Origin: Promethearchaeota archaeon
GTDB taxonomy: Archaea; Asgardarchaeota; Lokiarchaeia; Sigyniarchaeales; SOKP01
DNA length: 40,502 bases
Assembly (NCBI GenBank): GCA_016839765.1
Contig: JAEOTP010000032.1
Location: 1-40,502, forward strand
Direction: 5' to 3'
Shown here: piece after piece, positions 28,838 to 38,620 of the stretch
Layout: each line of letters starts with the position of its first letter
Numbering within the stretch: position 1 is the stretch's first letter
The notes under the pieces: generated by a model
The model's input: the letters and a program-made list of their open reading frames with translations, nothing else
Database searches by the model: none
What the model was told of the DNA's origin: nothing
Program-made: the position numbers and the translations under genes

Positions 28838-29929
28838 AAGAAAAGATTTAAGACTATAGACTTGCTACGTGGATTGCATATTTTTTTGATGATTTTTCTG
28901 CATCTAAGTGATTGGTGGTTAATGTATGAAGCTTATTGGCTAAGAGATATAATTTATTATATTTTTCTACCCATTGGTACTACGGGTTTTTTATTTATCT
29001 CAGGCGTTAGTGCTACCTTATCATATAAAAGTAATCAATTAAAGCTCAAAGATTCAAATGAATTAGATTGGAAAAAAATAAGAACTATATACATTTTCAG
29101 GGCGTTATTAATTCTGATATTTGGTTTATTGTATAATATTTTCATGGCTTTTAGATTCGGTGATATTTTAGATTTATGGAGTTGGAATGTATTACAAACT
29201 ATTGCATTCTCTCTCATTTTGGTATGGCCACTTCTGAAAACCTCGAAAATTTTTAGAATTTTTGTTGGGTTTATATTATTACTAATTAATGAATTACTCT
29301 TAGCATTTCTAAGAAATTTTGAAGGAAATTTCAATTTATATGGGATTTTATTTCACTTTTTATACAATCCTTTAACTGAATTTACGATCATTTCATTCTT
29401 TACTTTTTTTTTATTTGGCACTGTTGTCGGAGAGCTTGTTTTTGATATTATTCAGCTTAATAACGAGAAGGAAAGGAGAATTGCGGTTAAGAAGATTTTT
29501 TTAAGAAATACGTTAATTCCTGGGAGTATATTAGTAACACTTGGAGTATTATATCAGTTTCCGTCATTTTTTTTACATAATACATTTTCATCATTTATTT
29601 ATGCAATTGGAATTATTTTGGTTGCGTTTTCTTTGTTTATTTCAATAGAAGAATTCCAAATTATTAGAACGAAAAAGAATTATAATATTATGTTTTTTTA
29701 TTCATATTACTCATTTACCATCTATGTAGGGCATTTTTTATTATATTTTCTATTTTTGGGTCAATTAAATGCAGTAAATTTTTGGATCTTGGTTATTATA
29801 ACAATGAGCATTTTAACAGTTTTACTCAGAACCATGTATATAAAATTAGGCCCAAAAGTTTCTTTAAAAATTGCAATAAGCGCAGCAAGTTTCATTTTAG
29901 CAACTAAATTCAGGAAAAACAAAAATTAA
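28835..29929 (+). CDS. HGSNAT-catalytic / DUF1624-like membrane acyltransferase, copy 1
   Basis: RFKTIDLLRG...MIFLH, FLFISGVS, WNVLQTI. Start moved from 28811 to ATG 28835 by alignment with copy 2. Confidence 0.8.
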   Translation: MKKRFKTIDLLRGLHIFLMIFLHLSDWWLMYEAYWLRDIIYYIFLPIGTTGFLFISGVSATLSYKSNQLKLKDSNELDWKKIRTIYIFRALLILIFGLLYNIFMAFRFGDILDLWSWNVLQTIAFSLILVWPLLKTSKIFRIFVGFILLLINELLLAFLRNFEGNFNLYGILFHFLYNPLTEFTIISFFTFFLFGTVVGELVFDIIQLNNEKERRIAVKKIFLRNTLIPGSILVTLGVLYQFPSFFLHNTFSSFIYAIGIILVAFSLFISIEEFQIIRTKKNYNIMFFYSYYSFTIYVGHFLLYFLFLGQLNAVNFWILVIITMSILTVLLRTMYIKLGPKVSLKIAISAASFILATKFRKNKN

Positions 29930-29951
29930 GTTAAATTTTGATGTATTTTTT

Positions 29952-30071
29952 GAATTATTACTATTATTATAGTATCTAAAGGATATGAAAAATCCTTTAT
30001 ATCAATAAATTATTATTATTAAAGAACGTATTTTTAGACAAAAACGTGGTTTTTTAGGAACTAAACTCATG
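29952..30071 (+). repeat. Direct repeat copy 2
   Basis: Begins GAATTATTACTATTATTATAG (ELLLLL*, a relic of the longin C-terminus ELFLLL*), followed by the same upstream sequence. Confidence 0.9.
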
Positions 30072-31166
30072 AAGAAAAGATTCAAGAGTATAGACTTACT
30101 ACGTGGATTGCATATTTTTTTGATGGTTTTTCTTCATCTATGTGATTGGTGGTTAGTTTTTGAAGCTTATTGGTTTAAAGATTTAATACATATTATTTTT
30201 GAACCCATTGGTGCTACAGGTTTTTTATTTATTTCGGGTGTTAGTGCTGCTTTATCGTATAAAAGCAATCTGTTAAAGCTCAAAGATTCAAGTGAATTAA
30301 ATCGGAAAACTATAAAAAATATTTACTTTTTAAGAGCGGTAATACTTCTAATGATTGCTTTATTGTATAATGTTTTATTGGCTTTTAGATTCGGCGACAT
30401 ATCAGATATCTGGAGTTGGAATGTTTTGCAAACCATTGCAATCTCTCTCATTTTGGTGTGGCCATTTTTAAAAACCTCGAAACTAGTAAGGATTTTTATT
30501 GGAATAATATTATTACTGATTAATGAATTACTCTTAGCATTTTTAAGGAATTTTGAAGGAGTTTTTAATTTATATGGGATTTTATTTCATATTTTATACA
30601 ATCCTCTAAATCAATTTACAATCATTTCATTCTTTACTATGTTTTTATTTGGCACTGTTATTGGAGATTTCGTTTTCGACATCACTCTTCTCGATGATGA
30701 GAAGGAAAGGAAAATTATGGTTAGGAATAATTTTTTAATTGGAATATTAATACTCGGGGGCATATTAGTACCAATTGGAGTATTATTTCAGTTTCCTACT
30801 TTTATTTCACGTAATACATTTCCCTCATTTATTTATTCGATTGGAGTAATTTTGGTTATATTTTCTTTGTTAATTTCAATAGAAGAATTTCAACTTATTA
30901 GAACCAAAAAAAATTATAATATTATGTTATTTTTCTCATACTACTCATTTACCATCTATTTAGGACATAATTTATTATATTTTCTGTTTTTGGATCGATT
31001 AAACACAGTGAGTTTTTGGATTCCCATAATTATAACAATGAGCAGTTTAACAATTTTACTCAGAACCATGTTTATAAAAGTAGGACCCAAACTTTCTTTG
31101 AAAACTGGAATAAATGTATTAAGTTTTATAATTGCAACTAAAATTAATAGAAATAAAAAGTATTAG
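30069..31166 (+). CDS. HGSNAT-catalytic / DUF1624-like membrane acyltransferase, copy 2
   Basis: RFKSIDLLRG...MVFLH, FLFISGVS, WNVLQTI; closely similar to copy 1. Confidence 0.8.
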   Translation: MKKRFKSIDLLRGLHIFLMVFLHLCDWWLVFEAYWFKDLIHIIFEPIGATGFLFISGVSAALSYKSNLLKLKDSSELNRKTIKNIYFLRAVILLMIALLYNVLLAFRFGDISDIWSWNVLQTIAISLILVWPFLKTSKLVRIFIGIILLLINELLLAFLRNFEGVFNLYGILFHILYNPLNQFTIISFFTMFLFGTVIGDFVFDITLLDDEKERKIMVRNNFLIGILILGGILVPIGVLFQFPTFISRNTFPSFIYSIGVILVIFSLLISIEEFQLIRTKKNYNIMLFFSYYSFTIYLGHNLLYFLFLDRLNTVSFWIPIIITMSSLTILLRTMFIKVGPKLSLKTGINVLSFIIATKINRNKKY

Positions 31167-31198
31167 TTGTTTCAGTTTTGTCAATTTTCATAATATCT

Positions 31199-31232
31199 TT
31201 TACAAAAATGTAGCTTTTTACAAAATTGTAAA
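31199..31232. promoter_or_regulatory. Tandem palindromic boxes upstream of acyltransferase 3
   Basis: TTTACAA-AA-ATGTAGC and TTTACAA-AA-TTGTAAA, 18 bp apart. Confidence 0.4.
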
Positions 31233-31328
31233 TTAGAAAAGAGTTTTTCTTAAAACTTTAAAAAGCTGGATACTATTTCTTATTAAAGCTTAATAAAATT
31301 TCAGAATTTCAACTAATAATTCTGATGG

Positions 31329-32435
31329 TTGATGATTATAATGGAAAGAATTAAGGGTCTTGATACTATTCGGGGATTTTGCATGTGGATTATGATATAT
31401 GGACACATGATTGATTGGTGGCTAATACAAAGCGATGACTGGTTTCGTCAGTGGTTATTTGGTTTTTTAGAATCAGTTGGGGCTACAGGATTTTTATTCA
31501 TTTCAGGAGCAAGTGCTGCTTTAGCTTTTAGAAGCAATGAATTAAAACTTCAAGCTTTAAACGATTTTAATAAGCTCACAGTAAGAGATGTATACTTTTT
31601 AAGAGCCATTATTATATTATTAATCGGATTTATCTATAACTTTTTTGTGGCTGTCTTATGGAGGGGTGATATTACAGATCTTTGGAGTTGGCTTGTTTTA
31701 CAAACAATAGGTTTTTCGCTAATATTAACTTGGCCTTTTATGAGAACTAGTAGGACTTTCAGAATATTTACTGGAATTTTAATCTTTGTATTAAATTATT
31801 TTCTTTTAGGAATTTTATTACCTTATCAAGAGCAACCCAATTTTGGGGGAAGTTTATTTCATTTACTTTATAATCCCTTAACTCAATATCCCATTTTAAT
31901 GTATTTTAGTGTTTTTCTTATAGGAACTGCAGTAGGAGATAAAATTTCTGAGATAAACATTATAGAAGACCAAAATGAAAGGAAAATAATTTTTAAGAAT
32001 AAATTCATAATTCCTACTTCAATTATCGGAACAATAGTATTACTTTTTGGAATTATAAATTTCTTTCCAGATTTTTTGTTTTTTAATACAATTTCAGCAT
32101 TTGCTTATTCTTTAGGAATTATTCTAATTGCCTTATCGTTTTTTACGGCAATTCAGATATTTGAGCTCATTAAAACAAAAAAAAGTTATAGGTATCTATA
32201 CTTTTATTCATATTATTCATTTACAGTATACTTAGGGCATAATATTTTATATATTCTTTTTGTAGATCAATTAAATGTTATTACCATATGGATTCCTATA
32301 ATAGGAGGAAGTATACTATTTGGATTTCTATTTAGAGCAATGTATCTGAAATTGGGTGCAAAAGCTTCTATAAAGACGGGTATTAGCGCAATGAGCTTTA
32401 TTTTGGCAACCAAATTAAGAAAGAATAAAAAGTAA
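31329..32435 (+). CDS. HGSNAT-catalytic / DUF1624-like membrane acyltransferase, copy 3 (more diverged)
   Basis: RIKGLDTIRG...MIYGH, FLFISGAS, WLVLQTIG. The likely start is the MERIK ATG. Confidence 0.8.
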   Translation: MMIIMERIKGLDTIRGFCMWIMIYGHMIDWWLIQSDDWFRQWLFGFLESVGATGFLFISGASAALAFRSNELKLQALNDFNKLTVRDVYFLRAIIILLIGFIYNFFVAVLWRGDITDLWSWLVLQTIGFSLILTWPFMRTSRTFRIFTGILIFVLNYFLLGILLPYQEQPNFGGSLFHLLYNPLTQYPILMYFSVFLIGTAVGDKISEINIIEDQNERKIIFKNKFIIPTSIIGTIVLLFGIINFFPDFLFFNTISAFAYSLGIILIALSFFTAIQIFELIKTKKSYRYLYFYSYYSFTVYLGHNILYILFVDQLNVITIWIPIIGGSILFGFLFRAMYLKLGAKASIKTGISAMSFILATKLRKNKK

Positions 32436-32458
32436 ATTAAATTTTGAAATTTTGGTAA

Positions 32459-33922
32459 TTATTCTGGTTTGTCTCCATGAGTCCATGTTTCACCACTTAT
32501 AAAATCATAAATCATTTTGAAGTTTCTGTAATGGGAAATATATTTGAGATTTGACAGTATAATTCTCCATCTATAAATACTTCTTAGTGTTCGCAAATTT
32601 TGGTTAAAAATGTATTTTGGGCGCATTAGAAATTTAAAATAAGCATTCTTTACTTCTTTTTCTACCATTTCAAGAGGCGGGAGTAAGGTTTTAACACCAT
32701 TTTCCCAATATTTCTCAGGATCAATTTTGCCTTCACGAACTAAATTATCCCAGACTTCTGTTCCGGGAATAGCGCCATAAATATGAAATTGTGGAAAATC
32801 AATCTCTAATTTTTGGGCATAGACTAAAGTTTTTTTAATTTCTTCCAAAGTTTCAGTCGGCGCTCCAACAATAAAAGTGCCTAAAATAAAGTCAATATTT
32901 CTTTTTTTAGCCTTTTTAGTTGCTTCAATCGCCATTTTTGGAGTGATTCCTTTGTTAAAGTAATTAAGTATTCTTTGGTTTGCGCTTTCTATGCCAAAAG
33001 AGATTGATCGACATCCTGCTTTTCGCATTTCATAAAGTAATAAATCATTTACAATATCTACTCGTTGATCACAGACCCAAATAAAATCAAACTTATTCTT
33101 TTGAATTTCTCGAAATAACTTGATAGCTCTACGAGGATTATTAGTAAAATTATCATCCACCCAGTAGAGATTTGTGTAGCCTTCACTATCTAACCACTCT
33201 AGCTCGTCTATAACATAAGAAATTGATCTAGCTCTCCACTGCCGTTTAGATAATTTACATTGACAACAAAATGCACAGTTAAATGTACAACCTCGACTTG
33301 ATTGAATAGTGATAAATTTTCCGTAATCTGCGTTGAATCCACCATAATTTTGGAGATAATTAATATCTTTACAAGCATCTCTATCAGGAAATGGTAAATC
33401 ATCAAGATTTTTGATTAAAGGGCGGTCTGAATTAATTATAATCTTTCCATTATCACGATAAGTAATTCCTAAGACATTTTTCAAATCTCTATTCTTTTCT
33501 AAAGCTCTTACCAATTCATAAAATGTTATTTCTCCCTCTCCTCTAACACAAATATCTACAAAAGGATATTTCTTTAATATTCTGTTATGGTTAAAGGTAG
33601 CATGGCAGTTACCAAATGCAATTTTTACATTTGGATTCCATTCCTTTATGATTTTAGCTATAAAAGTAGCCCGCATGCCATGATTTATATCTGTCAATGT
33701 GTTAAATCCTATAATTTCAGGATCGATTTTTTTTACTCTTTCAAGAACTTGAGTAGTAGGAATTTTAGTTGCATGTTGATCGATAAGTGTACAATCATAT
33801 CCTTCTCTCTTAAGATAACCCATAACATAGAGAATTCCTAAGGGTGGATACGCCCCAGTAGTTTCATGTCCTCTTTCAGTTATATATGAACGAGGCGCTG
33901 GATTAATAAAACATATTTTCAT
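32459..33922 (-). CDS. Cobalamin-binding radical SAM enzyme (class B methyltransferase-like)
   Basis: PPLGILY, B12 domain (GNCHAT, RGEGE), SRGCTFNCAFC, DDNF and GIESANQRIL. Confidence 0.9.
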   Translation of the reverse strand: MKICFINPAPRSYITERGHETTGAYPPLGILYVMGYLKREGYDCTLIDQHATKIPTTQVLERVKKIDPEIIGFNTLTDINHGMRATFIAKIIKEWNPNVKIAFGNCHATFNHNRILKKYPFVDICVRGEGEITFYELVRALEKNRDLKNVLGITYRDNGKIIINSDRPLIKNLDDLPFPDRDACKDINYLQNYGGFNADYGKFITIQSSRGCTFNCAFCCQCKLSKRQWRARSISYVIDELEWLDSEGYTNLYWVDDNFTNNPRRAIKLFREIQKNKFDFIWVCDQRVDIVNDLLLYEMRKAGCRSISFGIESANQRILNYFNKGITPKMAIEATKKAKKRNIDFILGTFIVGAPTETLEEIKKTLVYAQKLEIDFPQFHIYGAIPGTEVWDNLVREGKIDPEKYWENGVKTLLPPLEMVEKEVKNAYFKFLMRPKYIFNQNLRTLRSIYRWRIILSNLKYISHYRNFKMIYDFISGETWTHGDKPE

Positions 33923-34139
33923 TTTCTTAATATTTTAAATATTTTTCATAAAATAAAAATGGTTTAAGAATTTCACCAATTCTAATACAATTTTGTCCAT
34001 TTTTTATTTCTATTAATTTATTTATACCTCAAAAAAGAATTCATTAAATTACTTCTAAACTAAAAAAATGGAGTTAAAAATTCAATATTACATCAACTCT
34101 ATGTTTATATATCCTAATTTTCTTTTAATACAAAGAGAG

Positions 34140-34487
34140 ATGAATAAGAATAAAGATTATTATGAACTTTTAGGGATTGAAAAAGACGCGACTGAAAGGG
34201 AGATTAAACTAGCATATAGGAAACTGGCCAAAAAATATCACCCAGATGTTAATAAGAGTGATCCTAATGCAAAGGATAAATTTATTGAAATAAAGGAAGC
34301 ATATGATACGTTAATCGATCCTATCAAACGTAGAATCTATGATCAAGCAGGATATAATCCTCGAAATATAGATTGGAACGATATTTTTAGAACAACTGAT
34401 TTTAGGACAATAAGAGAAATATTACGAGAGATGTATGGATATAGAACACCATACTATAAACCTCCTCCTGAAGGTATGTATATATAA
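34140..34487 (+). CDS. Small J-domain protein with a C-terminal PPPEGMYI tail
   Basis: [35 protein letters not shown]. Start placed at ATG 34140 because TTTATATA lies about 30 bp upstream. Confidence 0.9.
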   Translation: MNKNKDYYELLGIEKDATEREIKLAYRKLAKKYHPDVNKSDPNAKDKFIEIKEAYDTLIDPIKRRIYDQAGYNPRNIDWNDIFRTTDFRTIREILREMYGYRTPYYKPPPEGMYI

Positions 34488-34666
34488 CCAAATATTCAGC
34501 TTTTAGCCCATATTAAAAGGTAATATATATAGAAAGTATTGATTGAATAATTATCTTGTAGAGATTAAAAAATTTGAATATATTTATTTTAATCAAAAAT
34601 TTAACATAATCATAATTTAAAAGCATATTTTGAGATTTGTAGAACTTTTAGGTAGGAGAAGCCTTA

Positions 34667-35662
34667 TTGAATTCGAATGTTAATAGAAACCATGAAATTA
34701 TAGCATATATCTTATTAATCTTAACAGCTGTTATTTGGGGTGGTACTTGGCCATTAGGCCGCTGGTTAGTATCTGAAGAGGTTGGAGGAGCAACTATACC
34801 CCCACTGATGATAGCAGTGATTCGGTATTTTCTGGCTATAATTTGCTTTTTTCCCATTCTTAAATATAAAGAAGGATTATTGAATTGGAAATTTGCAAAG
34901 GAAAATTGGAGAATTTTAACTTTAATGGGACTATTATCTGTAACAATTTATCAGATAGGTTATCTTTTAGGTGAAATTTTCACTGCTGCAAGTGATGCCA
35001 GTATAATGGTCGCAACTAACGCTATTTGGGTTGTCATTCTTTCTACTAAATTCTTAAAAACAGAATTTTTTACCTGGAAAAAAGTTATTGGAACTCTTTT
35101 AGCATTCATAGCAGTTATTATTGTAGTAGGGTTTTCTCCGAATGTAGATGTCTCGAATCGTATTCTTGGAGATATATTAATATTGGTAGCCGCTTTTTCT
35201 TATGCTATATATACGGTAACTTCACGTTATTTTTTGAATAAAACCCAAGATAAGCCTAATGCTTATCAACCAAGCTCTTTATGGATAATAACATGGGTAT
35301 CTTTTTTCGGATTTTTAATAACCACCCCTATCGGATTACTTATTAGCCCGGAATTTTTTAATCCATTGGAATACCTAAGCATTCCGCCGCGAATATGGAT
35401 TGGGATTGCTTACTTAGCATTTCTCTCTACAGTAGGAGCATACACATTCTATTTAGAAGGTGTTAAACGTTTAAACGCTAGTAGAGCAGCAATTTTCCAA
35501 ACTTTAGTACCTTTATTTGGAGTAATCCTCTCTGCTATATTTTTAAAAGAAAAATTCGATATTTTTATCTATCCTTTTGCCTTATTTTTAGTAATATTGG
35601 GAATTTCACTTGTAAATCGTAAATCCTTGCATAAAAAGGGAGAAAAACCTAAAACAATTTGA
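34667..35662 (+). CDS. DMT/EamA family transporter
   Basis: IWGGTW...RY, GDILILVAAFSYAIY, P.FGVILSAIFLKE; about 10 TMs. Confidence 0.9.
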   Translation: MNSNVNRNHEIIAYILLILTAVIWGGTWPLGRWLVSEEVGGATIPPLMIAVIRYFLAIICFFPILKYKEGLLNWKFAKENWRILTLMGLLSVTIYQIGYLLGEIFTAASDASIMVATNAIWVVILSTKFLKTEFFTWKKVIGTLLAFIAVIIVVGFSPNVDVSNRILGDILILVAAFSYAIYTVTSRYFLNKTQDKPNAYQPSSLWIITWVSFFGFLITTPIGLLISPEFFNPLEYLSIPPRIWIGIAYLAFLSTVGAYTFYLEGVKRLNASRAAIFQTLVPLFGVILSAIFLKEKFDIFIYPFALFLVILGISLVNRKSLHKKGEKPKTI

Positions 35663-35748
35663 TTGCAGTATACTATAAATTTTTGATTTCATTATTATCT
35701 TTAATATAATATTGTTAAACATAATAAAAATACAATTAAGGCTATATT

Positions 35749-36018
35749 TTGGTTAAATCATCAAAATCAGACTTAATTAAGAAAATTCAGTCTGATTATA
35801 ATAAAAAGCTGAAAGATTTAGAGTCTAAATTAGCAGTGAAGCATAAAGAACTGAGTCAAATTGAAATTAATCTTGCCCATGAATTAAAAAAGATTGAGCG
35901 CTCTAATATTTCTATGTTAAAGTCAAAAAGGGCTAATTTAAATGCCATTATTATACAATTAAAAAAAGAAATAAAAAAAGTTAATAAAGAAAAAATTAAG
36001 AAACTCAGAAAATTATAA
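35749..36018 (+). CDS. Small basic coiled-coil protein
   Basis: 89 aa, Lys-rich, heptad pattern; TTG start. Confidence 0.55.
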   Translation: MVKSSKSDLIKKIQSDYNKKLKDLESKLAVKHKELSQIEINLAHELKKIERSNISMLKSKRANLNAIIIQLKKEIKKVNKEKIKKLRKL

Positions 36019-36096
36019 ATAAAATTATCTAGAAAAATAAGTAAAGCATTCAAATATCAAATTGAAAGAAAAATAATTCAGATTATTCTGGAAAAT

Positions 36097-37065
36097 TTAA
36101 AATAAATAGAAGGTTTGACCTTGGTATTCATTTGACTTTATCCTACCAGCAAATAATAGTTTAGTTAATACTCCATTGAGATTCTCTGCTAAATATTGCT
36201 TCCATTCCCGATTATCTAATTCATTCACAATACGCTTCATCATACTTTCTGGTGTAAATGCCTTGCCGGTGTTTTTTCTTAAGTAGTTTACTATGTAATT
36301 ATCAACTTCTTCAACTAATGCTAGTTTTTGGTCTCTTTCTTCCTTTTTTATTTCACCTTTTAGAGAACTTAATTCTTCAATATGATCCAATTCAGAACGG
36401 AACACATTACTCTTAAGTCCTCTCTCGATCCATTCTAAAGCACTTCCTTTATCACCCATACCTAAGGCAGATTGAGCATTTTTTATACACTCCATTGTGT
36501 AGGCTTCTCTAATATTTAAAATATAGTCGTAAAAATTCGTTAACCGATTATTGAAATTTTCCTCTGTCTCAAATTCGTGAAGAAAGTTAAATTTACTCTC
36601 AAATATAGAGTAAATATACATCTCTCCGTTCTTACGCAATGATATATCATTCCAAAAAATAAAATGAGGACTCGGAGCTTGTTTTTTATATCGGGTTTTT
36701 TTTTCTTTGTACTCAAAAGTTGGCAAATTTAACGCTACACCTTCAGGTGCGAATAATGCATCGGTGTAATAACTTCCGCGAAGATCGCGCAAGATTATTG
36801 AATCAAATAATTTTCCAATCATTACACCAGTAAGACCAGCCAAAAACCCGGCGGCCGAAGACCCCCCAAAACCACGAAAAAGCCAATACATAGCTCTAGG
36901 ATTAGATTTGGGTAATTGGTTAACATTAGTTATTTTGTAGTGAATATACAAGCTACTACTATAAAGTATTTGATTATCATGAGGGATAATATCTCCTAAT
37001 GATTGTCTATCGATTGGAACAAAATAATTAGATGAATAATCCTGATCTTGTTTATCTTGAGACAT
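36097..37065 (-). CDS. Hypothetical protein with a probable C-terminal winged helix
   Basis: Beta-rich N-domain with a Gly-rich hydrophobic insert, a TPR-like hairpin, and IVNYLRKNTGKAFT...LTKLLFAGRI...TFY. Confidence 0.7.
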   Translation of the reverse strand: MSQDKQDQDYSSNYFVPIDRQSLGDIIPHDNQILYSSSLYIHYKITNVNQLPKSNPRAMYWLFRGFGGSSAAGFLAGLTGVMIGKLFDSIILRDLRGSYYTDALFAPEGVALNLPTFEYKEKKTRYKKQAPSPHFIFWNDISLRKNGEMYIYSIFESKFNFLHEFETEENFNNRLTNFYDYILNIREAYTMECIKNAQSALGMGDKGSALEWIERGLKSNVFRSELDHIEELSSLKGEIKKEERDQKLALVEEVDNYIVNYLRKNTGKAFTPESMMKRIVNELDNREWKQYLAENLNGVLTKLLFAGRIKSNEYQGQTFYLF

Positions 37066-37212
37066 ACTTCTTACTCACTAAGATTGAGAAATTATTTTGA
37101 GATTGATTTCAATTTACTATTTGTTTAAAATATATATAAAGATTTAGGTTTAGAATATACTAATTCCAGTAGAGAAGAAACTCAGAAAAATATCTAAATG
37201 AGAGAAATAAGA

Positions 37213-37689
37213 TCATTCTGGAATAATAATAGAGGGGTCTTCTTTTATTCGATCTAATACAATTTGGGTTTTTACTTCTTCTACCCCAGGAAGATTCCGT
37301 AATTTTTCAATTAAGCTCATGGAATCATTATGATTGAGACATTTTGCCATTATAAAAATTGGATAATCCCCTGTTATCACATAAGCATACTTTACTGTTT
37401 CCATACCTTCTATTTTATCTTTTACTTTATCTAATGGTTCTGAAGAATTTACCCTCAAAGATGCCATTACCATTTCACGATACCCTAATTGACGACAATC
37501 GATTAAAGCTACATATTTCTTAATCAAAACTTTTTCTAATTTCTGAATTCTAGCCCTAACCGCTGTAGGGCTTTTATCAATTTTTTCTGCTATTGATGCT
37601 ATCGTTAATTTTGCATCATTTTGTAAAAGATCTAAAATTTGCTTATCAAACTCATCAATATCAATATTGTTTACTTTACTAATCGTCAT
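37213..37689 (-). CDS. Lrp/AsnC family transcriptional regulator
   Basis: IDEFDKQILDLLQNDAK, HTH, VITGDY and LPGVEEVKTQIVL. Confidence 0.93.
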   Translation of the reverse strand: MTISKVNNIDIDEFDKQILDLLQNDAKLTIASIAEKIDKSPTAVRARIQKLEKVLIKKYVALIDCRQLGYREMVMASLRVNSSEPLDKVKDKIEGMETVKYAYVITGDYPIFIMAKCLNHNDSMSLIEKLRNLPGVEEVKTQIVLDRIKEDPSIIIPE

Positions 37690-37906
37690 TCTATCTTCCT
37701 TGATTATTATAATTCTATAGAAATTTGAAAATTATAAAAATTTTCATTTAAAATATCTATTCTAATTAAATTTAAATATTAATCATATATAATTTTTTCC
37801 TCTAAAAAAATGTTTGACTTTAGATTAATTCGCTATATATTAAAGTGGTTTATAAATGAAAAAACTATGATTTAAATATGAATCTATATTTTAACCTACA
37901 ATAGAG

Positions 37907-37928
37907 ATCACAATTAAATTTTTGTGAT
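37907..37928. promoter_or_regulatory. Candidate operator in the lrp/tusA divergent intergenic region
   Basis: ATCACAA-N8-TTGTGAT. Confidence 0.45.
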
Positions 37929-37975
37929 TAAAATAACAAAAAAAATAGTGAAAAAAACTAAAAAAGTTGAGAAAA

Positions 37976-38218
37976 ATGTCAGATTTAACATTAGGCGAAG
38001 TGATAAAACTAGACTGTTTAGGTAAAAAATGTCCGATGCCTGTTTTAATGACAAAAAAAGAGCTTAAAAAGATGACATCTGGTCAAACTCTTGAATTAAC
38101 TGTGGATGATATTGGAGCTTTAAAAGATGTTCCTGCTCTTTTAAATAAGACTGGTGATGAATTAGTCGAGACTAAACAAGATAATGGTAAAATTACATTC
38201 ATAATACACAAAGCTTAG
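37976..38218 (+). CDS. tusA: TusA/SirA family sulfur carrier
   Basis: LDCLGKKCPMP (CPxP); ATG at 37976 preferred as the start. Confidence 0.9.
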   Translation: MSDLTLGEVIKLDCLGKKCPMPVLMTKKELKKMTSGQTLELTVDDIGALKDVPALLNKTGDELVETKQDNGKITFIIHKA

Positions 38219-38246
38219 AAACCAAATAATAAAGAGAGGTTATAAT

Positions 38247-38615
38247 TTGGCAACATATACATTCATGGTATCTACTGAACCATATAAATTTGAAGCAATG
38301 GACTCTCTACTTAATTTATGTAAAGCAGTTATAGAAAAAGGACGTTCAATTAAAGGAATTTTCTTCTATGGAAGTGGAGTTTACAATATAAAAAAAGATA
38401 TTGAAACTGGTATAACAGTTCGCAATTTGCCAACACGGTTGGAACAGTTTATTAAAGAACATAATATTCCTGTTGCTGGCTGTACGACATGGATTGGGTT
38501 ATGTGGATTGAAGGAACAGTGCTTTATTGATGGAGCAAAGGAAGAGGGCTTAGGTGAATTGTCAAACTGGACTGCTGAATCAGAAAAGTTAATTATGTTC
38601 GGAACAGGGGGATAG
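38247..38615 (+). CDS. dsrE: DsrE/TusD-like sulfurtransferase subunit
   Basis: PY, IFFYGSGVYN, active-site Cys in VAGCTT, GLGEL; SD-like GAGAGG upstream. Confidence 0.8.
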   Translation: MATYTFMVSTEPYKFEAMDSLLNLCKAVIEKGRSIKGIFFYGSGVYNIKKDIETGITVRNLPTRLEQFIKEHNIPVAGCTTWIGLCGLKEQCFIDGAKEEGLGELSNWTAESEKLIMFGTGG

Positions 38616-38620
38616 ACGCG

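Noticed and set aside
3677-36053. Other short overlapping ORFs in the track (e.g. 3677, 3757, 5291, 6976, 11741, 13698, 14897, 15903, 15970, 21275, 24730, 25752, 25992, 29035, 33208, 33587, 34648, 35856)
   Set aside because: They lie within or antisense to well-supported genes and show no motifs.
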